A stretch of 64,000 nt of DNA from a virus: IMG/VR virus record IMGVR_UViG_3300024317_000004, positions 8,418 through 72,417 of that record; one strand, written 5' to 3'. The position numbers and the translations under genes were made by a program. This document shows, piece after piece, positions 57,829 to 64,000 of the stretch. Each line of letters starts with the position of its first letter. Positions within the stretch are counted from its first letter, which is position 1. The notes under the pieces are model-generated. The model searched no databases. It saw only the letters and a program-made list of their open reading frames with translations, and had not been told where the DNA came from.

Positions 57829-58160
57829 TACTCGACGCTCCATTCCAGGATGCCCCACATGGCGAAGTCACGCTCGGCGCCCTTGTCGACGTCAAAGCAC
57901 TTGAGCAGCCACTGCCTATGCGGGTGCCACTCGGTCGCCTTGAACTCGATGGCGATGGGCACGATGCGTCGCAAGGCGATCTCGCCTCGGTGGTTGCGAT
58001 AGCGAACCGTAACGGTCTTTTGCTCGCGGTCGAGTTTCCGCCATCGTTCACGACAGGTTTTGCACGGCACCCATTCATCGACTGGATCAAGAGGGCTATC
58101 GACCGATCGCCCGCCCTCGCCATGGCATTCATGGCAGTTTGGTGTAACGGTCTGGTTCAT
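57828..58160 (-). CDS. small WYL-domain protein with N-terminal zinc finger
   Basis: YRNHRGEIALRRIVP...WLLKCFDVDKGAERDFAM. Confidence 0.75.
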   Translation of the reverse strand: MNQTVTPNCHECHGEGGRSVDSPLDPVDEWVPCKTCRERWRKLDREQKTVTVRYRNHRGEIALRRIVPIAIEFKATEWHPHRQWLLKCFDVDKGAERDFAMWGILEWSVE

Positions 58161-58540
58161 CGCTCGCGTTCCTTTCGCCACGTCTGCAACCTGGTCACGA
58201 TCTCGTAATCCTCCGGATGACTGCCCTCACGGATCCAGTCTGGATCGCCCCAAAAGGCAGCCTCGGCATCGTCGCCAGCGCGAAGCGTCCCTGTCCATTT
58301 CGTCAACCAGACGAAGTACACAAGATGCTCGCGAACCGTTTTGTGTATGATGGGTAGCGCGTGCCAGGCTTCTGCCGTCAACCCCGTTTCCTCGAACAGC
58401 TCCCGCGCAGCCCCCTCGAACAGGGTTTCACCGGGCTGCAATGACCCGCATGGGATCTCGACGGACCCTGGGCGCTTGCGGCTTCGGATCAGCAGGACTC
58501 GCCCATGGTCGAAGGCGATAATGGCAACAGCTTCGGTCAT
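58157..58540 (-). CDS. NUDIX hydrolase
   Basis: GSLQPGETLFEGAARELFEETGL. Confidence 0.9.
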   Translation of the reverse strand: MTEAVAIIAFDHGRVLLIRSRKRPGSVEIPCGSLQPGETLFEGAARELFEETGLTAEAWHALPIIHKTVREHLVYFVWLTKWTGTLRAGDDAEAAFWGDPDWIREGSHPEDYEIVTRLQTWRKERER

Positions 58541-58555
58541 TGAACGATTGGCCGC

Positions 58556-58879
58556 TTACGACCTCTCCAGCACCTTCTTCGCGATCGCCCCCAACGACTC
58601 CGCCATGCTTGCGAAGTGCTTGTTGCGCTCTTGCTCGATCTGTTCGATGCGTTCGCGGTGAGCTTGAACGCGCGCGGCCTCGGCGGCGTACAGCTCCACC
58701 TCTCGCTCGAAGGCTGCGAGCCGCCTGTCCTCGCGCGCTTCCTGCCGTCCGAATGCGTCTCGCTCTTGCTCCGCGTGGCTCGTGGCCCTCACGAGACCTT
58801 CGGTTGCGGTGACCAGGTCGGTAAGGGATTGCTTGAGGTTCTGCTCTGGGGTTTCAGTAGTGTTCTGTTCGTCGGGCAT
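58556..58879 (-). CDS. coiled-coil hypothetical protein
   Basis: RBS GAGGA; helical. Confidence 0.5.
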   Translation of the reverse strand: MPDEQNTTETPEQNLKQSLTDLVTATEGLVRATSHAEQERDAFGRQEAREDRRLAAFEREVELYAAEAARVQAHRERIEQIEQERNKHFASMAESLGAIAKKVLERS

Positions 58880-58893
58880 GCTCGCTTCCTCTT

Positions 58894-59259
58894 TCATGGT
58901 CTCAAGCGCGCGATTCTCTCCAGAATGCGTTGTGTTTGCTCGTCCGGCTGGTAGCCGCCAAAGCATTCGATCGTGCCGTTGCGGTGGATGCAAAACCCGG
59001 CACGCTTACCCGGCTCAGCGGTCAACGCAGGAATCTCAGCGCTACCGTATTCGGTAATGGACGCGCATCTCCAAAAGACCGCAGCGGCCTCAATGAGGTC
59101 CTCCTCCGATGCGTAGTGGCTTGTTCCGTCCGGATTGAGCCGAAGAACCTCTCGGCTGCTGGTCGAGGCAGAACGACGCTCAGGCGACGTGATGGAAAGG
59201 TGGGTATTCTCGTGGCCGGCAATCGAGAGATCGAGCTTAGGCTGGCTGTCATCGGTCAT
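58894..59259 (-). CDS. hypothetical protein
   Basis: RBS AAGGAG upstream. Confidence 0.5.
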   Translation of the reverse strand: MTDDSQPKLDLSIAGHENTHLSITSPERRSASTSSREVLRLNPDGTSHYASEEDLIEAAAVFWRCASITEYGSAEIPALTAEPGKRAGFCIHRNGTIECFGGYQPDEQTQRILERIARLRP

Positions 59260-59261
59260 GG

Positions 59262-59618
59262 TCACTCCTTCGGTTGCCGGTCCATCTCGGCGAGGTCCTG
59301 GCGGATGGCTTTCAGTGCTGTCAGAAAGTCGCGGCTGAACCCAGCGAGCGGCGTCTCTGCGAACTGCACGAACGCTCGTTCGAGCCGCTCGATGCGTTGC
59401 TTCATCTGGAAATGCTGCCCCTGTACGTCGCCCGTGAATCCGGCAACCAGCTCTTCGAGCTTGCCGAGACGTTCTTCGGTGGACGCCGTCTTTTCCTGCG
59501 GCTTCGGCCGCCACTCGCGCTTGCAGTTGTAGCAGAAGCAGTACATCGGCCTGTCCACCGGGTACGACCTCGTGATGCTGCGTGAGCCACAGCCGGGGCA
59601 ATGAGTGGGGCTGCTCAC
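59262..59618 (-). CDS. zinc-finger plus coiled-coil protein
   Basis: CPGC...CYNC. Confidence 0.55.
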   Translation of the reverse strand: MSSPTHCPGCGSRSITRSYPVDRPMYCFCYNCKREWRPKPQEKTASTEERLGKLEELVAGFTGDVQGQHFQMKQRIERLERAFVQFAETPLAGFSRDFLTALKAIRQDLAEMDRQPKE

Positions 59619-59812
59619 CTTGTACGCTCCTCCGGCGTCTCGTTGTCAATTACCTGTTCGGCTGCGAGCGCCGAAAAGCGGCCATGTTCACGAGCCCATC
59701 TGTCAAAGCATTCGACCGAGCAGAAGCCCCAAAACAGATGGCCGACGCTGACCCGGATCTCGTTTCGCGGGGACCTGAAAACCTGCATGCCGCAGGAGCC
59801 GCACTTCTTCAC
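59615..59812 (-). CDS. TRASH/YHS-like metal-binding protein
   Basis: CGSCG...FCSVEC. Confidence 0.55.
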   Translation of the reverse strand: MKKCGSCGMQVFRSPRNEIRVSVGHLFWGFCSVECFDRWAREHGRFSALAAEQVIDNETPEERTR

Positions 59813-60111
59813 CCCGCACCCCCTGGCTGCACCCGGTCGAGCATCGCGAGCACCTCGGTGAGTTCTTTGCAGACGGCGCTTGCGGCAAACAAGGCCACCG
59901 TACTGCCGCCAGGCACAATGGTCCCGTAGCCAAGCTCTTGTATCCGCCGCTCGATGCGCTCACGAACGTCGGCAAGGGTGAGGGGGCGAGGCGTCGTGTC
60001 GGTTGGCTCCGGCTTGTCGTCCGCAACCGAGTCATCCTCGGGTTCGCACATGCACGCGTACTGCGGCTGCTTGCAGTCCGGGCAGTGGGGCATCGAGGCG
60101 TCACTCGCCAT
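59809..60111 (-). CDS. hypothetical protein
   Basis: coupled ORF with CPDC. Confidence 0.45.
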   Translation of the reverse strand: MASDASMPHCPDCKQPQYACMCEPEDDSVADDKPEPTDTTPRPLTLADVRERIERRIQELGYGTIVPGGSTVALFAASAVCKELTEVLAMLDRVQPGGAG

Positions 60112-60301
60112 CGATCGGCTCCTGAGGCTCTTCGTCAATCATCTGCTTGACCGTGGCAATCGAATCCTCCGCATGCCGTGAGATCCATAGCTCAAGGCAC
60201 GTGAACGAACAGAAGCGCCAGAAATAGCTGCGTACGCCCACGACGATCTCGTGTCTCTGTTGGGTGACAGGCCGATTGCACATGCCACAGTGGTTCATCA
60301 T
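60101..60301 (-). CDS. TRASH/YHS-like metal-binding protein (paralog)
   Basis: CGMC...FCSFTC. Confidence 0.55.
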   Translation of the reverse strand: MMNHCGMCNRPVTQQRHEIVVGVRSYFWRFCSFTCLELWISRHAEDSIATVKQMIDEEPQEPIDGE

Positions 60302-60600
60302 CGCGGGAAGCTCCTGCCGTCCGACGGGAGCGGCGTGGGGCGTGGTTTCCCAAAGATCCCGAGCGCCGTGGGCGCCATGTGAACCACGCCAGCGTTCGGC
60401 TCAAGGATCTCGTGATGACCACAGCGCTTGCACATGCGGAACGGCAGCGCTGCAGGGTCACGGTAGTGGGTGACCTCGATCTGGAAGCGCTCCCAGGCGT
60501 GGCCGCGGCACAGGCAGCAGCGGCACTGATGCAGACGAATGGTCAGCATGTACAGCGTTGGCAGCGCCAAGCCCGCGAGGATGGATAGCAGGGTCGTCAC
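60298..60600 (-). CDS. membrane-anchored zinc-finger protein
   Basis: N-terminal TM helix; C..RGHAW...CKRCG. Confidence 0.5.
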   Translation of the reverse strand: MTTLLSILAGLALPTLYMLTIRLHQCRCCLCRGHAWERFQIEVTHYRDPAALPFRMCKRCGHHEILEPNAGVVHMAPTALGIFGKPRPTPLPSDGRSFPR

Positions 60601-60782
60601 GACCGCGCTCGCTTTCGTTCGGCATACAGCGCGACGCCAAGGAACAGCACGCCGAGCACGCCATCGAGCCAGAACGGCAGGAGCTGCTTCGGCGGCTGGC
60701 GCGCGATCGCTGCTGCCAGCAAGACCGAGGCACTCGTTTGCGCGGAACCAGCGACGTAGCCCCAGGTGAATTGGGAGGTCAC
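60597..60782 (-). CDS. small membrane protein
   Basis: hydrophobic; coupled ORF. Confidence 0.45.
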   Translation of the reverse strand: MTSQFTWGYVAGSAQTSASVLLAAAIARQPPKQLLPFWLDGVLGVLFLGVALYAERKRARS

Positions 60783-60837
60783 TGGCTCACCTGCTTCGGA
60801 ACGGCGGTGGAGGGGCGGGGGCTACAGTGGGGGCAGA

Positions 60838-62097
60838 TCATGGCCGGCTACCACCCTTGCGCACTGCCGCCTTTGGCACATCTAAGGCACAGTCAGCATC
60901 GTGGTCGTGGCGATTTTCTCCTGCTGTCGCCGGCTTAGACCATTGGAACGAAGGACTTCGAATCCGCAGGTCGCCCGTTCGAGTCGGGCCGGGCGCGCTG
61001 ATTCCCAGGGAATCTTGCTGATTTTGCGTTCCAGAGTTTCCAATAGACCCATTGATTGTTGACCCTTCTGGCACAAAATCGGCACACCCCAAAGCAGCGC
61101 GAACCCTGGCCGCCAGCGCCTTTTCATTGAGCTTCGCGTAGACCATCTGAACCATCTTCGTGGTTGTGTGCCCCATCATCGGGGCCAGCAGTTCAATCGG
61201 CACCCCGCCCTGCCGTAGCCACTGAGCAAAGGTCCGCCGTAGGTCATTGGGGGTGCACGGCTCGATGCCAGCCCGGCGGCACGCGCCCTTGATGTCTCGG
61301 ATGATCGATCCGGTAGACCATGGCCGGAACAGTAGGCCGTTGGTTCCCTCGGCATGCTCCTGGACGTAGGCGAGCAATGAGCGCTGCTCCTTCGTGACCA
61401 CGGGTACTTTCCTCCAACGGGAGGCCCGCTTGGTACCGCGCACCAGCACGAACTCCCGTCCAATGTCTTCACGGCGCGCGCGGTCGGTCGCACCGAGCTC
61501 GGCACCCACCGCGACCATGAACGCGACTCTTGCCGCTCGGTCCGGAACAAGCTTACCAAGCAGAGCGGAAAGCTCTTCAGGGGGTAGCCATCGGGACCTC
61601 GGTACGTACTCCGGTGAAAAGCCCACGGGCAGGATGGCGAGCGGGTTGCCGTCGTAGGCTTTGGCACGGATGGCCAGGCGCATCGCAGCACGAAGCGTGA
61701 CCATTTCTTTCGCTACGGTGGCTTGCATGGCCCCTTCGCCTAGTCGCTGGATGACGTAGTCATCGACGTTCTTCGCGGACAACTTCAGCAACGGGTAGTC
61801 CGCCCCAAAGATTCGCACCCAGTGGCCGGACTTCTGGACGTAGAACTTCGCTGTTTTGATCGAGCCCTTGCCCACACGAGCCTTTGCCTGCCGGTCATCC
61901 ACGAGACGTTGGAACGCGCTCTTTAACGTCTCGGCTTCGCGGGTTGCACGATCCGGATCTCGAGCGGCCTGCTCGCGGCGCCGGCCAAACTCTTCGGCCT
62001 CGCGTCGATCTTTGATTTTGGTGCTTTCGCGAACTCGATTGCCTTCTGCATCTGCATAGTCGACATGCCAGACGTTTCCGCGCTTGTAGAGCCGCAC
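60838..62097 (-). CDS. int: tyrosine integrase
   Basis: VRGTKR, PNDLRRTFAQW, MGHTTTKMVQMVY. Confidence 0.92.
   Translation of the reverse strand: MRLYKRGNVWHVDYADAEGNRVRESTKIKDRREAEEFGRRREQAARDPDRATREAETLKSAFQRLVDDRQAKARVGKGSIKTAKFYVQKSGHWVRIFGADYPLLKLSAKNVDDYVIQRLGEGAMQATVAKEMVTLRAAMRLAIRAKAYDGNPLAILPVGFSPEYVPRSRWLPPEELSALLGKLVPDRAARVAFMVAVGAELGATDRARREDIGREFVLVRGTKRASRWRKVPVVTKEQRSLLAYVQEHAEGTNGLLFRPWSTGSIIRDIKGACRRAGIEPCTPNDLRRTFAQWLRQGGVPIELLAPMMGHTTTKMVQMVYAKLNEKALAARVRAALGCADFVPEGSTINGSIGNSGTQNQQDSLGISAPGPTRTGDLRIRSPSFQWSKPATAGENRHDHDADCALDVPKAAVRKGGSRP
60953..60998 (+). mobile_element. attP core: 3' half of a tRNA-Arg(TCG)-like gene
   Basis: GGA-CTTCGAA-TCC anticodon arm, T arm GCCCG-TTCGAGT-CGGGC, acceptor 3' strand; no 5' half; GGCACA pairs at about 60875-60891 and 61071-61087. 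Confidence 0.8.
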
Positions 62098-62294
62098 CGC
62101 AACACCTCGCTCCAGTATGCTTTCCAGTCGTCAATAGGAACTCGTAGCATCCCAGTCCTGCCTGGTAATCGCTTCGCGGCCCGGCGAAGGTGCCAGTACG
62201 CGGTCGACTGAGAGCATCCGAGCTGGTCCATAACGTCCTTGGCGCAGATGCATGGAACCAGATCAGCGACCCGTCGCGATGCGTCTCTGGTCAT
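61923..62294 (-). CDS. excisionase-like HTH protein
   Basis: AKDVMDQLGCSQSTAY...LRVPIDDWKAY; overlaps the int 5' end. Confidence 0.6.
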   Translation of the reverse strand: MTRDASRRVADLVPCICAKDVMDQLGCSQSTAYWHLRRAAKRLPGRTGMLRVPIDDWKAYWSEVLRCGSTSAETSGMSTMQMQKAIEFAKAPKSKIDARPKSLAGAASRPLEIRIVQPAKPRR

Positions 62295-62845
62295 CGTCGT
62301 ATCCCCATCTGTTTGGCCCACTCCAAGATCTCGGCCGCAGGCTCAAACCGCTCACCATGCTTTCGGAATGCCGCAAAGCGGGTGTGGCACTGGCGCTCTT
62401 CCACTAGGCCTCCCTCGAACATCGCGAGCAGCTCGATCGGCAAGGGCGAGCTCGTTCGCAGAGAGATCAGCCTCTTTTTGATGTTGTCGGTCGTGCCGAT
62501 CTTTAGAAGTCCGTTGGATGCTCTCGCGATATACACAACTGATCTCTTTGTGAGATCGCGTTGCGGCAACGTGGCCTTCAGCGTGGCCAGATCTCTCGCG
62601 GCAACATGTTGAGCAAATCGCGGTGGCGTTGCGTCGATGCAAGCGAGTTCGGCAAGATCGTCTGCAGCGGAATTCGCTAATCGGTCAAAGGCGGCATCAA
62701 TGTCAGAAGGACGGACGATCGTGTCGTTTCCGCTCCCTCGAAGCAAAACTTCCTGACGTTTACAGAAGTCCTTGAGCCACTTCGGTGCAATGCCGCGACG
62801 CTCGGCTTCTGCTTTGAGTGAGACCCACTCGTTACGCGCTAACAT
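62291..62845 (-). CDS. GIY-YIG (T5orf172-like) domain protein
   Basis: VVYIA...LKIGTT...KRL..L...E...H..F...GERF. Confidence 0.8.
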   Translation of the reverse strand: MLARNEWVSLKAEAERRGIAPKWLKDFCKRQEVLLRGSGNDTIVRPSDIDAAFDRLANSAADDLAELACIDATPPRFAQHVAARDLATLKATLPQRDLTKRSVVYIARASNGLLKIGTTDNIKKRLISLRTSSPLPIELLAMFEGGLVEERQCHTRFAAFRKHGERFEPAAEILEWAKQMGIRR

Positions 62846-63035
62846 CGCCGCCTCCTTGCTTCCCACCCTCCATCGACGCGCCATAGACCACCGCGAGAAA
62901 CATGCACGCGACGTACAGCGCATACGCCGCGATGCGCCACCCGTGGGCCGCGAGCACGATCACGCCAATGCCGCCCCCGGGAGAGACGAGCGGCATGACC
63001 CACGACGAGACCCGTATGGGCTTCGGCTTATCCAC
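62832..63035 (-). CDS. small membrane protein
   Basis: two hydrophobic stretches. Confidence 0.45.
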   Translation of the reverse strand: MDKPKPIRVSSWVMPLVSPGGGIGVIVLAAHGWRIAAYALYVACMFLAVVYGASMEGGKQGGGDVSA

Positions 63036-63330
63036 GGCCACCCTCCAGCGCCCCGCACGCATCGGCCAGCATCGCCACCAGCTCGGCTTGTGCCTTGGCT
63101 CGCTGAAACGGCAGCGATCCGGGCTCTCGGTGTTCTCTGCAGCGCCGCCCGTGGCCTTTTGAGTCGCTATGGGTCGCCAGTGCATCGCACTCGGTGCACT
63201 TGGGCATCTGGGCCAGCAGCTCTCGCGTCTTGGCCACGATTGCTTCCAGCTTGCGGACACGCCCGGCCAGCGCCTTGGGCGTGGTGCGCTGAACGTGATC
63301 GAGCACACGGAGTAGGACGGCGTCGGTCAC
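63028..63330 (-). CDS. hypothetical protein
   Basis: coupled ORF with CTEC. Confidence 0.5.
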   Translation of the reverse strand: MTDAVLLRVLDHVQRTTPKALAGRVRKLEAIVAKTRELLAQMPKCTECDALATHSDSKGHGRRCREHREPGSLPFQRAKAQAELVAMLADACGALEGGRG

Positions 63331-63659
63331 GACGTGGTCTCCCTCGCGTCCAGTAGCTTGTAGAGCCCGTCCATCGCATCGCACATGCTCGTGCCGCGGA
63401 TGTTGGGAGCGCGGTGGTAGGGGTCCGCTCGCTGGATCTCGCTTGCCGCGACTTCGATCGCTTGCAGTCTGCGAACTTCTGCAATCAGCTTCGGCAGAGC
63501 CTCTCGCGCGGCAGCAACGAAGTCAGCATCTTCGGACGTTGCCGTGTTGCAGACGAATCCTTCCGTGTTGTTCACATAGTCGCAGTTCGCTGTCCATGGC
63601 CCCGGCGTTGCGCCTTTGGCTAGGCTCTCCAGCTCCGCGAGTTCCTGTTCGGTGATCAC
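63327..63659 (-). CDS. Ead/Ea22-like protein
   Basis: ATPGPW...DADFVAAAREALPKLIAEVRRL. Confidence 0.75.
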   Translation of the reverse strand: MITEQELAELESLAKGATPGPWTANCDYVNNTEGFVCNTATSEDADFVAAAREALPKLIAEVRRLQAIEVAASEIQRADPYHRAPNIRGTSMCDAMDGLYKLLDARETTS

Positions 63660-63976
63660 TAGCCGCCCGCCTTTCGTTCGTGCTCTCGGAGCGCGCGCGA
63701 CGCGTTGATGACGCCATACATCGCCACGTTCATGCGTTCGCGGAAGTCACCCACCAGCTCCGTTCCGTCCCCCGTCCAGAGCGATGCGTAGGTGTCCTCC
63801 AGCTTGCTGGCCGCCTCGATGACCGCGTCTCGAAGTTGCTCGCGTTCTGGCATCGGTACAACCGTGCCACCGCACCCGCCACAATCCTCTGCGTGCTTCT
63901 CTTCGTATGTGACGTGCTTGTTAGGCACCTCATCGACGCACGTAGGGCACCACCATGGGATACGTGGTTCGGTCAT
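63659..63976 (-). CDS. hypothetical zinc-binding protein
   Basis: CPTC...CGGCG. Confidence 0.5.
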   Translation of the reverse strand: MTEPRIPWWCPTCVDEVPNKHVTYEEKHAEDCGGCGGTVVPMPEREQLRDAVIEAASKLEDTYASLWTGDGTELVGDFRERMNVAMYGVINASRALREHERKAGG

Positions 63977-64000
63977 ACTGCCCTCACGCTCTTTGCTCGC

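Noticed and set aside
60920-60998. Complete second tRNA gene
   Set aside because: No D arm or 5' acceptor strand pairs with the 3' end; interpreted as the attP core.

Overview
The window is almost the whole genome of a high-GC temperate phage with a contractile tail, most likely in its excised form: the attP site is intact, has phage genes on both sides and lies inside the integrase gene. The host may be a myxobacterium or relative (inference from GC content, a tRNA-Arg(TCG)-like att core and an Mx8-like int/attP layout). Gene order: repressor/Cro switch; SNF2 helicase and DNA methyltransferase; RusA-like resolvase; replication initiator and DnaC-like loader; Panacea-type toxin-antitoxin pair; tRNA-Tyr; terminase, portal, capsid; sheath, tube, tape measure, baseplate, fibres; an accessory/lysis block (GH9 glycoside hydrolase, glycosyltransferase, receiver domain, endolysin); then leftward early genes (macrodomain, WYL, NUDIX, integrase). 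The most striking element is at 51180-52900. A solo RAMP/Cas7-like gene is flanked by non-coding arrays of 5-nt units (GGA/GCA/GGG plus two variable bases), split by tetraloop hairpins that share a conserved 3' motif. This is not a CRISPR array and looks like a VIPR-type non-contiguous RNA-guided system. When the variable dinucleotides are read as a gapped code, two units partly match the RAMP gene itself. All product calls come from motif recognition by eye; no database searches were run.
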